The translations under genes and the position numbers were made by a program. This document shows, piece by piece, positions 25,046-38,685 of a DNA stretch of 64,000 nucleotides (positions are counted from its first letter, which is position 1; each line of letters starts with the position of its first letter). The DNA is from Camelus ferus (taxonomy: Eukaryota). The stretch covers positions 82,090,001 to 82,154,000 of the forward strand of contig NC_045696.1 in the NCBI RefSeq assembly GCF_009834535.1. Direction: 5' to 3'. A model generated the notes under the pieces. That model had not been told where the DNA came from, ran no database searches, and saw nothing but the letters and a program-made list of their open reading frames with translations.

Positions 25046-25511
25046 AACAGAGAGTCTCTCCTGGTTGAGAAGAGAATTCAACACTTCTCAACTAGCCCTG
25101 ACTTCGGGCTTCTGTGTTTGTCTTTTCATTGTCCAGTTTTAGTAAGAATATTGCTAACTTGGTTTAGTTAGAATCTCTCACCCTCGGTATCTGATCAGGT
25201 TTCTCATCCCCCCCATCTTCTGGGTCTAATCACCTTCATCTGCCTTGAGCAGGAATTCTGGCAGGTAAGTTTAACTAGAATTCCCCTTACCCTGGTGTTT
25301 CCTTGGTGATAGTTCACTGACCCCCCCCCCCCATTCTTCGGCTATAAATTCCCACTTTTCCTTGTTGTATTTGGAGTTGAGTCCAATCTCCATACCCCCC
25401 ACCCCAACTGCAGAGTCCCATTGCTGCGGTCCCCACACCTATTGCAGTGGTTCTTAATGAAGTCTGCCTGACTGTTCTTTAACAAGGGCTATTTCCATTT
25501 TTTCTTTAACA
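25046..25511 (+). mobile_element. Solo ERV1 LTR (MER31-like)
   Basis: 'cagttttagtaagaat...tatctgatca...ggctataaattcccactt...ggagttgagtccaatctc...ttttctttaaca' follows the recalled MER31 layout. Confidence 0.8.
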
Positions 25512-26799
25512 TACATGGCCATAAATCTACCATGTCATTAGCTCAGATTATTAAGGTACACAAATAATGTATTTGCTTTCACACACGTGTGTATGTAAAG
25601 ACAGTCCATAAAAAAATCATCCATACCTATTTTCATAACTATAGGTATAAAAGAACAAATGAAACAAGTTATTTTTGTACACTCAGTTTTTTCCCCTATA
25701 TTCAATATACTGTATATTTTATCCTCTCCCCCCAAAAAGTTCTATTCCAGAAGGAATGGTAAAACCATGTTAACTCCTCCCTTGTGCCAAGGAAAAAACA
25801 GACTTAGTTTTAAATAGAAAAATGTTGGTTTAGAATGAGGGTAGGGAAGTTGATATTTATATAAAGACCTATTTAAAAAAATTATGTCTAGAATGAAAGA
25901 AATTAAGAATTATCAGTATAAAATTATTTTATCCTTTGTAACTCCAATCCAAAATTAAGTAAAGCTATGGAATTGTGTTTAAGTAGATGACATCGAAGGG
26001 ATGTGTCCCAAATTTCCATTTCACCATTGACTATCCAGGGGGAGCCGACTGGAAGGCCAGGACGGCAGGCTAGCCCCTGAAGGAGGGAAGTAACCCTTGA
26101 GTGTCTCCCAGGGACTAGGGAAGGTCAGGAGAGAAGGGGGAGGACGATCAGCCACAGCCACCTCGAACCTCTTCAGAACCTCCTCAGAAGATTGGAAGAA
26201 AGAAGAAATGGAATACATAAGAGAATTGTAAAGCTGGGAAAAACTTTAGAGATGAGAAAAGTAAGGCCCAAGGAAGATATACAAATTGAGGCAATAAAAA
26301 GCAGTCAAAAGGAAGTATATCGGAAAATGAGGTTCTGGTTGTTTTAGAGTGGTTCCTGAACGCCATGATTATGGAAGCCAATCAAAACTTTCTTGGGTGA
26401 TAACAATCTCATACTCCACTTCCCCCATAAACCACTAAAAGTATTCAAAATTCCACTATTTCATTTTTTTAAAAGGCCTCCCAGGACGAGACAGAAATCC
26501 TTTGATAGGCCAAATAGTCCCTTGAAAAATGTTCACTTTAACTACGATGATGTCAGAGATTTATTAAGCTATGATCCTTTTCCTGTGTGATGTTTTAAAC
26601 TACTTATGAATTAAATCATACGTGCCGTATACAACTTAAGTTAACGTGGAAGTCCTTTTCAAGGCAGCTTACTCTGTGATCTGGCCAGTTTAGAAGTATT
26701 AGCAGGGCCTGAAGGAAACAAACCATGATTTTTTTCCACTGACATTCTCTGCTTTTCCATTTATAACCCAGTTGATCCTTAACAACACACCATACTTAC

Positions 26800-26918
26800 T
26801 TTGCCTTCCCCAGTAGGACTTTTCTTGTCTGACGAGCTTCCTATTTTATGTCAGCTTTACAGCCTTTGATCATTTTATTCTTGGTTCCTGGCATACCAGA
26901 ATGCCATGGGAATAAGCT
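26800..26918 (-). other. GPR160: Predicted GPR160 non-coding exon 3 (119 nt)
   Basis: On the - strand: acceptor 'gtgtttgttttctgtctcacag|' and donor 'CAAA|gtaagt', in non-repeat sequence. Confidence 0.75.
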
Positions 26919-27192
26919 CTGTGAGACAGAAAACAAACACCACTATCATGAATAGCCATCTAAATGACCTGAGTTCAGTGTAACTGTTTCCCGATCTCTG
27001 CATAGGAAAACTGTAATTTTCTGTGGGATTAGAGCCAGTAACTAACTGCTTATATTCTTTTTTCCAGCAAGAGGAAGAAAGGGGATACATAGTTTGAAAA
27101 GCACCATAGACCCTGAGATACGGGTGCAGATTCCATGGCATCTGTTTACAGAAATCCTGCTCACACTGCCACCCACAGGGTCCGAGTCTAAA

Positions 27193-27500
27193 CTGGTAGT
27201 TCTCAAACTGTTTCATTTCAGGACTTTTTGACACTTGTTGCATGTTAACATAAGTAACATTTTTTAAAGTGAAAAACTGCTTTATTTTCTCCAAACAGAA
27301 AAAACTAAATGAGCAGAGTGGCACTATTTTACACTTCACAAGTGGCTTTAGTGTCTGGCACAACAGCAGGTGAATTCTCCATAAAATCAGTGGCGGTATC
27401 ACACATCATGTAGTTTTTGGAAAACCCGCTGTACATTCATGACAGTTTAAGAGTGAAAAAAGGTAAGTAACTTCATAGCATTATTACAATCAAATAGTTG
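27193..27500 (+). mobile_element. hAT-Charlie element (MER119-like), internally deleted
   Basis: 'gttctcaaa...catgttaacataagtaaca...gagtggcactattttaca...tatcacacatcatgtag...gagtgaaaaaagg'. Confidence 0.7.
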
Positions 27501-28649
27501 TGTTACGTAATCTCAGAAAAGTTTAACAAAACCATCTGCAGTAAACAATGGGAAGAGGGGATGAACACAGTTACCATTCTGGTCCACTGTTAACACAGAA
27601 AATGAGATTAGCACTGTAGATGGACTTCCTGAGCAGAGAGAGCCTATGGGAGAAATAATGTACTGAGCCTTGTCCAGGGGTTTTACATACCTCTTACCTA
27701 ATCCTTACAGCAATCATGAAAGGTATATAGGACTTTTCCCCATGAGGAAATGCTCGGGGGTTAACAAGCACATTTCCCTAGGATGCATGACTGGTAAGTG
27801 CCAAAGCTGAAGTTCAACCTCAGGTCTGATCTCAAAGCTTACTGTCTTCAGTAAGTCACAATTATGGCTCAGCTCACTACTGGAAATGTAGAAAGGGACC
27901 CAATAAATATATATGTGAAAGAGCTTTCCAAATAAGAGTGATTGCTGGTACTCAAAGGATCATAACTAAGTAACTGATCTATTTGGGTAAATGATTTTAT
28001 TCCTCCAAAATGTAAATATAAATAAAAATTTCAAAATGTGATCCTTGCTTCATGGTAGGTCAAAATTCAGTGGAAAAAAATGTCATTCAACTCTGACAGC
28101 CTTTAAAGAAACATGTTTTGTTCATTTACAAAGTATAATTGATTCAGTATAGGAAATTAAAATACAGAAAACAGGTTTTTAATTTTAAAATAGGTAATAT
28201 AATTTATATTGTATAAATTCAAGTTACAGAAGTATATACAGTGAAAATTATTTACCCACCCACTCTTTCAACACCCCTCACCCCTACTCATCACTATCCA
28301 AGTCCAGTTTCCTTCCATAGATAAAACCACTGTTACCAGATCTTACAGATTTTTCAGATATTCTAAAACAAGGTTTAAAAAAAATTTTTTTAATTCGATG
28401 TTGTTAAGAACTAGCAAGGGATTCTTGATCTGCCCTTTCCCAGGTCTCCCTTATATACTAATAAAATCAGGTAATAGTTGCAAGGATAGAATACAACAAA
28501 ATAGGAATCAATGATTGGTCAGACCATAGGGAGTTTCCACCAACCCAAACGTAAGGTTGGCCATAGAGGTCAGTGGGGCCAGGCAGGAAGACAGATATAG
28601 CAATTATCTAAAAGTAGGTGATTTTTAATTTTTTTCCTGAGGTACAGAA

Positions 28650-29020
28650 TTATGCTCACTCACAGCTACTCCTCCTCTGCTTCTAGGCCCAATGGAAGAT
28701 TTTAGTTCTTTGACCTTTACAGTGAGGTAGGCCCATGTGGCTATTTTTGGCTGAAGGGCTATGAGGACAAAGCATTTAATTACAGATGAGAGCCCCTTCA
28801 GTGTTCTCTTCCCCTGCCACAGGGAACGTAGAGGCCATGTGCTCCATCCAGAAGGTACAGTTCAAGGTAGTGGAATCTCTTGTCAACCTAGGCCCCTGAG
28901 TGACTGTGGAGCAGTGGAGCAACGCCCCTGATGACTCAGAATGGATGTACAGTGTAAGCAAGAAATAAAAGTTTGCTGTATCAAGCTGCAACGATTCTGT
29001 GGTTATATGTTACGGTCTAT
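28650..29020 (+). mobile_element. MaLR LTR (MLT1I/J-like)
   Basis: 'gtgaggtaggcccatgtggct...agaaataaaagtttgctgtatcaagctgc...tgttac'. Confidence 0.6.
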
Positions 29021-31041
29021 CATGACATACACAATTCCTTATAATTTACTGTACATCCGTTAACATTTCTTTCACAGCATGTATTATATTAGAATTTATA
29101 AAAGCTATAGTAGAAAAAACTTTGAAAAGCAACCATGCAAATACATATATTAAAAAAAGCAAAAGCAAAATTCAGTTTTAATTTATACTACATTAATTGC
29201 TTTTTCATTGTGTTCTGATATTCTTATATTTACTTATATTGGAAAAGAAGGTCTTGATTCAGTGACCTAAGTTTCCACCTTAAGAAAAAGAAGAGTGTAT
29301 TAAACCCAAAGTATGCTAAAAGAAGCGTATAATAAAGAGTAGAAAACAATGAAAATTTTAAAACAAAAATAATGAACCAAAAGTTGGTTCTTTGGGAAAA
29401 AAAAAACAAACCCAATCAAATTGTAAACCTCCAACCAAACTGAGAAAGAACTTACCAAAATTAGGAATGAGAAACCTCACTACAGACCCTACAAATATTA
29501 AAAAGATAATAGGGGACTATTACGAATAATTTTATTCCAATAAATGAGACAACTGTGATTAAACAAAAATTTCTGGAAAGACACTGACTACCAAAACTAA
29601 TTCAAAAAGATCCCTAAAAATCCCTATTAAAGAGACTGATTTTATACTTAAAAACCTTTCCACAAAGAAAATGGTAGGCTAGGTTCAGATGTCTTCATTG
29701 ATGAATTCTACCAGACACTTAGGGAAGAGATACCAAATTTAAGGAGAACAGAAGAAACACTTTCCAGTTCATTGTTCAAGACCAGAATTACCCTTATAAC
29801 CAAACCAAAGACATTTCAAAAAAAAATTGTAAAACAACATTCCTCAAGAACACAGAGGCAAAAATCCTTAACAAAAATATGTGAAATTAAATCCATTAAT
29901 ATATAAAAGGAATAATATATCCTAATACATCACAGCTAATGCAAGCTTGGTTTAACATTAGAAAATCAATGTAATTCATCAGGTTAACAGAATAAAAGAG
30001 AAAAACTATATGATCATCTGAACAGATGTAGAAAAAACATTTAACAAAATCCAACGTGATTTTTAAAAAAATTCACAGAAACAAAAAAACAGAAGGGAAT
30101 TTCCCAACCAGATAGAAAGCATCCATGAAAAACCTGCATCTAACCTCATGCCGATGAAGGAGTGGCCACTTACCCCCTAAAATCAGGACAAATACAAGGA
30201 TGTTCACCCTCCAGTGCTCCTCAACATTTTATTAGAGGTCCTAGCCAGCGCAGTAAGGCATTAACAAGAAATAAAAGGCAAGTAAACTGGAAAGAAGAGT
30301 CTAATCATGCGTGTGACATGATCATGTGCTTTGAAAGTGTGCAATAAAAGCTATTAAAAGTAACCAGTGAATTTGGCCACGTTAAAGGTTAATTTTTTAA
30401 AAACTGTATTTCTATATACCAATGACAAATAACTGGAAAATGAAATAGCATGTCACAGCATCAAAAGTATGAGACGCTTAGGGATACATTTGAGAAAGCA
30501 CATGCAAGCATTCTGAAAATTTATAACATTGTAGAAGGAAATTAAAGAAGTCTAAATTAATGAAGACATACAAGGGACTGTAAGACTCAGCAAGTTTTTT
30601 GTGGAAATTGGCAAGCTGATTCTACAATTTATAGGGGAATGTAAATTTGGCAGAGCCAAAATAATTTTTAAGAACAACAGAGTTGGTGAACTTACACTAC
30701 TTGATTTTAAGACTTGCTATAAAAAGTACAGAAATAAAATAAGTATTAGCATAAGGACAGTCCTATAAATCAATGGAACAGAAGAGAATATAGAAGCAGA
30801 TCCACCCACTTATGGCCAATTGATTTTAAACAAAAGTGCAAGGTAATTCAATGGGGCAAAGGATAGTGTTCTCTAAAAATAGTGCTAGAAAGTGGATATC
30901 CATGTGGGAAAAATTAACCTTAACCCTTACCTCAAACCATACACAAAAATAAACTCAAAATGGATTATAAGACTAAAATGTAGAAGTGAAACTGAAGTTT
31001 TCAGAAGCCAACAGGAGAAAATCTTTATGATCCTAGGTGCA

Positions 31042-32228
31042 TGTATCCATTTCCTAGGGCTGCCAGAACAAATTACCATTCGGTGGCTCAAGATAACAAA
31101 TTTATTTTCTCACAGTTCTGGAGACCAGAAGTCTGAAGTCAAGGTGCCAGCAGAGCCATGCTCCCCTTTTTTTTGTTTTCGTTTTTATTCTTTAATAGAA
31201 ATAACAGTTGATTTACAATGTTGTGTTACTTCCATGTGTACAGCATAGTGATTTAGGTACACATATGTTATTTTTATTATAGGTTATTACAAGATATTGA
31301 ATATAGTTCCCTGTGCTATACAGTAGGACCTTATTTATCTATTTTGTATATAGTAGTTTGTATCTGCTAATCCCAAACTCCTAATTTATCCTTCCCACCC
31401 CTTTCCCCCTTTGGTAACTATAAGTTTGTTTTCTATGTCTGTGAGTCTGTTTTATAAATAACTACATTTGTGCAATATTTTTAGATTCCACATTTAAGTA
31501 ATATCATGTGATATTTGCCTTTCTGACTTACTTCACTTAGTATGATCATCTCTAGGTCCATCCATGTTGCTGCAAATGATATTTCTTTCTTTTTTATGAA
31601 TGACTAGTATTCCATTGTATATATATATATACATCACATCTTCTTTATCCAGTCTGCTGTCCAGGATGGACATTTAGGATGCTTCTGTGTCTTAGCTATT
31701 GTAAATAGTGCTGCTGTGAACATTGAGGTGCTTGTATCTTTTCAAATTAGAGTTTTCTCTGGATAGATGCCCAGGAGTGGGATTTTTGGATCATATGGTA
31801 AGTCTGTTTTTAGTTGTTTCAGGAAATCTCCATACAGTCCTCAAAAGTGGCTACACCAAATTACATTCCCACCAACAGTGTGGGAGCTTTCCCTTTTCTC
31901 CACACCCTCCCCAACATTTATCTTTTGTGAGCCATTCTCCCTTTGAAAGCTCTAGAGAAGCATCTTTCCTTGCCTCTTCCAGCTTCTGGTGGCTCCTGGC
32001 ATCCCTTGGCTTGTAAGAAGGTAGCACCTATCTCTGCCTCCATCTTTACACAGCCTTCTCCCTTGTGTGTGTTCTTTTCTCTTTTTGTAGGAACACTGGT
32101 CACTAGATTTAGGGCCCACTCTAATTCGGTAAGACCTTACCTTAATTACATCTGCAAAGGCCTATTTCCAAATAAAGTCACATTCCAGGTGGACAAGAAT
32201 TTGGGGGGGACATTAGTCACCCACTGTA
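31042..32228 (-). mobile_element. MaLR LTR (MLT1B/C-like) inserted in L1M and split by an L1
   Basis: 'tttcctagggctgcc...ttctcacagttctggag...' resumes after the insert as 'ttgcctcttccagcttctggtggct...ttaattacatctgcaaag...ttccaaataaagtcacattc'. Confidence 0.85.
31170..31928 (-). mobile_element. 5'-truncated younger LINE-1 3' end
   Basis: Poly-T tail then L1 3'UTR. Near-perfect TSD gagccat(g/t)ctccc at 31153 and 31929. Confidence 0.88.
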
Positions 32229-35224
32229 AGTGGGCATAGCTTTCTTAGGACATGCACATGTGCTCATGCACATACACAAATTGATAAACTGGGCTTTATT
32301 TAAAAAGAAAAAGATACCTCTCTTTGAAAGCATAGTTAAGAAAACGAAAAGGCAAGCTACAGATGGGGAGAAAATACAATAAATATCTGACCAGTGACCT
32401 GGACTCAGAATATGAACGGATTCTTACAGCTCAGTAAGACAATTAGCCCACTAGAAAAATGGGCAAAAGATTTGAACAGACACATCGGGGAAATGGAAAC
32501 CACAATGAGATACTGCTGCATACCCACTGGAGTGGCTAAAATGTGAAAGACTGACAACACATGTGTTGACAAGGAAGTAGAACAACAAGACCTCTCAGAC
32601 GCTGCTTAACGGCCTGGAGGTTAAACATTCAATGACCCTTGCATCCAGGAGTCCTACCCCTAGGTGTTTACCCAAGAGAAATGAAAACACATGTCCACAA
32701 AAAGACTTATACACAAATACATAGAGCAGTTTGATTCGCCATGGCTCCAAACTCCATGTATTCAATAGGAGGATGGATAAATAAACTGTCGTCTACCCAT
32801 ACAGTGGAATACTTCTCAGCAATAAAGAGGAATAAGGTACCTGCTACACAGGGACAAGTCTCGAAAACACGCTGAACAAAAACAACCTGACACACAGAAT
32901 GCAGGCTGTATGATTCCAGTTGTATGGAATTCTAGAACAGCAGAACTAATCTGAGGGCCAGAAACCTAGGGCCAGGTTGGGGCAGAGGCACTGGGGAACT
33001 TTTTGCAGAGATGAAAATGTTCTATGTTTGGACTGGGGTGGTGGTTCAATAAAAGTATACATTTTTCAAAATTCAAAGTGAATATGGAAAACGAGTGTGT
33101 TATATTAATTTATTTTAAGGCTGTTAATCTCACAGTACTGAATTTAAAAGTAAAAACCTGGAATTAATTTAAATATCCAACAATAGGAAGTTGGCTACAT
33201 AAATTATGACACAACCTCCAATGAAGCTGCTGCTCTTTTTCCAAGAAGACAGGAGCAGGAGCATAAGCATCACCTCCGAGCTTATTATAAACACCAAATC
33301 TCAGGCTCAACTTGGACCTCTCAAATCTACGTTTTTAGTAGAATCTTCAGATGAATCATATATACTGATAATAGACTAAAGGATGCCAGCAATGCAGAAA
33401 GCACAGCCTCAACCTACTTTACACCTCAGGGCCCTCAAAAGGCTCAGGAATTGTTGGTTCAGGTAACTCTGAAAGGGATGCAAAAAAAGATGGGGATAAA
33501 AACAGGAGGATTGGTTGCAAATGAAACAGATTCCAGATCCCCTCCCCAGCTCAATGCAACAGGTGACTGCCTCTCCCCAGCTAGGAAATAAGGATGGAGA
33601 TCTCGTCCTCCGGCAAGGGTAAAACAGTCTCTAAACTGTGGCAAGAGTTGAGGATGGAGGGGTACCATGCTGAAAACAGAGATGGAGTAAAAACTCACAT
33701 ATTAAAAATGGAGACCTCTCCAGCCTTCTTTTCCCCACTTGGGTTTCAGGAATACCATTATTACAAAACATAGAAATCCAAAAATCCTTCTCTAGGGGTC
33801 AGACCAGAAGAAATATCTAAAGACATTGAGTCTTTCCTAATGAAACATTCTGGATAACACCCTGTTTAGAAGTATGACTAGATGCCCAAAGATTCCCAGA
33901 CATTGGAAGAAAATCTCTACTATAAAAAGTCAAAACCACAAAAATTAAAAAGAAAACTTGGAAGAGACACAATGCTAGAAAAAAACATTATTTAGAAGTT
34001 CCACTGTTTTCAGGAAGAATATACTGCATCCATGAAACAAGAATAGGAGGCTTTTTAAAAGAACACAGAAAATAAGAAATCACTCTGGCAAAATAAAAGT
34101 ATTTTTCGCAGAAATGTTAAGCTGAACCGAAGAGTGAGAATATAAAGTTCAGGAAATTTCCCAGAAAATGCAGAACAAGAAGATAAGAAAATAGAGAACC
34201 AATCAAGCAGGTACAAAATCTGAATAATGGGAGTCACAGAAGAAGAACGGGAGAGAAAGAAATCAAGGAAGAAAAGGCTATAATATTGTCTAGAACTGAA
34301 GGTTTTTTAAGGCTGAAAACCTTCCACCTTGATGGAAGAAAACAGACTCATACTGAGGCATGTCAGAGATTTCTAAACAAAGATAACAAAGAGATGACCA
34401 GTTTCCCAAGAGGAAAAAAGACCCAAAACAGGTTTTATATAAAGAATTAAGAGACTTGGAATGGATATAATGAAAACAGGTAAATTAAGGGAAAGAATAA
34501 AACACTTACCATGCCTCATATGAGACATACCACTGGGTAACCACGCAGTAAGGAGGGGAAGCATCTCTTCAAAGAGTGTGCCAAATTACAAATGAAAAAT
34601 ACATTGTAGACTTAGAATTCCACTCCTGAATTAACAGATGTAGGCATTAAGCACCTACTGCCATCATCATAACAGGAGAGAAACCAGACATTTTGTGCCT
34701 CCCACAGGCTGAATCTGAGTCTGATCAAATCTCTGGATCCAATTGCCAATTTGCAAGAAATGCAGAGGACACCAAATTGGAAACAATCCAGATTTCTATC
34801 AGTGAGTGAATGGATAAACAAAACAGTGGTATATCCATGCAATGGAACACTACTCAGCAATAAAAAGGAAGGACTATCAATACATGTAACAACACAGAAC
34901 CTCAAAATTATTACACTGAGTAAGAGGGGCTGGGCAAAAAAACAATGAATGCTGCATGATTCCACTTACATAAAATCTTAGAAAATATGAACTCACCTAG
35001 AATGACAGAAAGCAGATCCTTAGTTGTGGAGGAGATAGGGAGGAGAGGAGGGAGAAATTACAAAGGGGCACAAGGAACTTTAGGGGTAATAAATGTATTC
35101 ACTATCGTGATGGTGGTGGTGTGTTCATGGGTGTAGATGCGGCAAAAGGTATCACAGTGTACACATTAAATATATGTGGTTTACTGTATGTCAACTACAC
35201 TTCAATAAAACTTTTTATCTATTT

Positions 35225-35342
35225 TAGGGGGAAAGTAATATTTATTATCATTTTTTTTTATTTAACAGAGGTACTGGGGATCGAACCCATGACTTTGTGC
35301 ATGCTAAGCATGCGCTCTACCACTGTGCTGTACCCTCCCTCC
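35225..35342 (-). mobile_element. Camelid-type tRNA SINE, long-tail form
   Basis: 'gaggtactggggatcgaaccc...tgcatgctaagcatgcgctctaccactg...taccctccc'. Confidence 0.85.
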
Positions 35343-35551
35343 GATAAATCTATTTTTAAACAAGGAAATAAATACAGAGGAGCGCAGGACACAACGAGTT
35401 TCACCATGAGTGTGCAGTCAGCAAAGGTCTTCATGGAAAACTAAAGGTCCAGTGGTCCAGTTTTTGAATAGAGGAATGGAGAAGTGATCTATGGATTAAA
35501 AGACTTAAAAGACACCTCAAATACTTTTTGTGGGGGGAGATTAAAAACTAT

Positions 35552-35682
35552 TTTTTTGTTTGTTTTTTGGGGGGGGCAAGCAATTAGGTTTATTTATTTA
35601 TTTAAACAGAAGTACTGGGGACTGAACCCAGAACTTCGTGCATACTAAGCACGCACTCTAGCACTGCGCTATCCCCTCCCTC
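35552..35682 (-). mobile_element. Camelid-type tRNA SINE, long-tail form
   Basis: 'caattaggtttatttatttatttaaacagaagtactggggactgaaccc...catactaagcacgcactctagcactg'. Confidence 0.85.
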
Positions 35683-38584
35683 TTCAAGTACTTTTTAAAG
35701 AAAGGGTAAGACTTAACTAAAGTCCCCAGGGCTACACACTTGGGTGGTAAAACTATTTTTAGAAATGCGAGAGAGAGATTACTCGGACTCAAGTTATCTG
35801 GGGGAAGGGACTTGCGGAGCAGCAGTCTAGCTCTTTTTCTGAGTGGTAGTTAACCACTGTGTCCACCTTGCAATAATTCATTAAGCTATGTATTTTTGAT
35901 GTATACGTGTGTGTGTATAATCAGCATGGGGTCAGGCTCCTCAGCATCACTAGAACCCAAAGATACCTTTAACTCTAAGAAACTGTGAAGTTCAACCAAA
36001 TAACAGCACTTCCTGGCATAAAAACCATATGTGAAATCAAAAGAAAACAACAAACTGGGGGAAAAAAACAGTACAAAATATTAATCTCCCTATAAAAAAC
36101 CTCTTAGAAATCAAACAGGAAAAAGATCAAAAGCCCAAGAGTAACACAGTAAAATGAACAAAATATGAAGAGACAATTCACAAAAAGGGAAAATGGGCTA
36201 TTAAATATATGAGAAGATGGTCAGCATCACTCGTAAAAAGAAAACCAGAAGTTTAAACGTATAACATTTGCCTCTTAAAAGATAGGCGACCCCCAAATTC
36301 GTCAGTAGAGCGTATCTGTGAGGCAGGAAAAGCAATTTGACAATGTCTATCAAAATCGCAAACTTACATATATGTCCTTTGAGTCAACACTTCCACTCCT
36401 AAGGATTTATCCCATAGATTGACTTGCATGCATGAAAAATGAAGTATTTGTAAGATTATTCATGGAGGCACTTTATAACAACAAAGAAATGGAAACAATC
36501 TAAACATCGGTCAATATGGCAACAGTGAAATAAATTATGACACATCCATCCAATGCAATACTATGCAGTTAGTTATCTGTTAAAAATGAGGAAACTCCAA
36601 GTACTGATGTGGACATGTCTGAGACACATTGTCAAAGAAAAAAGATACAGAACAGTGCATAGAACACATCACCATTCATGTAAAGGCCGTGAGAAAAAAG
36701 ATACATTGTCAAAAATGTTCCATATATGCATAAAGAAACCATGGAAAGACACTGAAGAAGTTAGAAACAACTGTTACACATGTAGGAACTTGGCAAGTGG
36801 GGTCATGCATGGGATGGAGACTTCAATACCCTTTTCCTACTATTAAAATTCTCCTAACCATGTCAATGTATTAAGTATTCAAAAAATTAAATACACTGAA
36901 TAAGGGAAAAAGTAAAAAAGTTATCTCCAAATAGGTATAGCTCTTTACTATATGAACTATTTAAGTATTTGGTTTACTTTAAAAAGCTTTTAAGTCTTTA
37001 ATGAGAAAAATTAATTTCCAATGTAGAATTCTATACCAAGCCAAATTAGATCAATTAATTTAAAGTTAATTAAGTATAGATATAAAACAAAGCCACTTTT
37101 AGATATGTGACATCTCAAAAATATCTGCATTACACAAAGGTCTGAGGAAGCCAACGGAAGGCACGTTTCATCAAACGGAGGGAATAAACTAAGAAAAAGA
37201 CAGACGTGGGATCCAGGAAATGGGATGAGAAGACAGGAAGAAGGAGCCCCAGTGGGAGAAGACTGTCCACCCAGGGGCAGAGCACACAATCTAAATCAGA
37301 GTAGCGCATATGGCTTTGGGGGAAGTTTCTACAGGGAGACGGAAATTCCAGATACCTCTGAGTGTACTTAAAGAGATTTACAGAATAAAGAAGAGTTTGC
37401 GGCTGAATTAGTATTAAATATAAAGAAACAAAAAAGAAAAAAGACCACTCAAAGGAAAACAAAAAAGTTGTTTAGAAAGGAAATGTAATAATCGACATTG
37501 GTTAGCTGTGGATAGTTTTTGTGGTCATAATTACACAACACTGTGAATGCAACTGATCTAAGCCTAACTGTAACAGTTACATTGATAGGCCAGGTCTGGA
37601 GAGGGTTCGTGGGTATGGTGGTGGTGGAGTGGGTCTTGCCAGCAAGGATCAAGGTGGAAGCACCTAGATAATCATTTTCCTTTTAGGAAGTTGACAGGTG
37701 AGGATTAAAGTGAAAACCGTTATTAGAAGCCTGTTACCAGAGATAGAGGTAAATCCATCAGCTCAAAGAGCTGAAGTTGCCTGTGGGGAGTAGGTAGAAA
37801 AAAAATTTTTCCCCCTCCTGGAATAACCCTTGTGACCCAACTAGATAATCCCTTGAGTTGTCTACCTTTGTTACTTAGGAAAAATTAAAATTATATTTAA
37901 ATAAAAATTTTTTTAAATTTTATTTTAAAACAAGAGTCTGTATTTCAACACTTTAGGACACACTGCTCCCCAACATTTGGTATGTCTCTTCAGTCAGGAT
38001 GCTGATGGCATCATACAATCACTGTTAGCCAGATACGGCTTATCACTGCCCATGTGGGAGTGAACTCAGTGGTTTTTCCTGGTGGCTTGACTGCGCAGAT
38101 ATGTTTTGGTCAACTACCATTTAAAGACCACTTGAAGAGTCCTTGGTTGCTGTTTGAAAATTTCTATTGACACCTTCTGGTAAGATCAGGAAGCATCAGA
38201 ATTTTTGGCTTGGAAGAAAATCCCAGACCTAATAATGGAACTTTTTGTTTTAAACAGCTTTACTGGGATATAATTCACATACCATACAGTTCATCCATTT
38301 AAGGTGTAAAATTCAAAGAGTGGAGCACTCCTAAATGCTGTACCACCCAATGCTTTTCATAGCACAGAGGGTGATACTGTGGGGAAAAACAGATTCTGAA
38401 GGCTAAACTGACATGTAATTCAGAAAAGCTGGACATTCAACGTGAAGTTCAAGGAAGACCTTAACCAATTTACTTTCTTTATACCTTTCTAATTATGCAT
38501 ATACAAAAAAGGTATGACAAAAAAAACTGGCTAAATAAGTCTAAAGGAGCTCTTTCAATAAAGATAACCATTCTAAGTAAAAAA

Positions 38585-38685
38585 AATACTGCATCATAAT
38601 TTGGCAGGATATTTCCCTTTTTAGTGATATATAAAATAATGACGTCTTACAACTGATGGAAGGTTAGACTGGATGAAATATGGTA
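38585..38685 (+). mobile_element. TcMar-Tc2 terminal fragment (MER104/Kanga-like)
   Basis: 'cgtcttacaactgatggaaggttagactggatgaaatatgg|ta' resembles the MER104 terminus. Confidence 0.55.

Larger units (their letters stand above)
29225..33120 (+). mobile_element. Old decayed LINE-1 (L1M) ORF2/3' region, interrupted by MLT1 and a younger L1
   Basis: A-rich L1 ORF2 remnants such as 'gaattctaccagaca', 'gcaaaaatccttaacaaaa' and 'catacacaaaaataaactcaaaatggat', with many stops. Confidence 0.85.

Noticed and set aside
26875..27402. 175-aa minus-strand ORF
   Set aside because: It runs through a MER119-like element and intron. Only the last codons fall in predicted exon 3, as a uORF.
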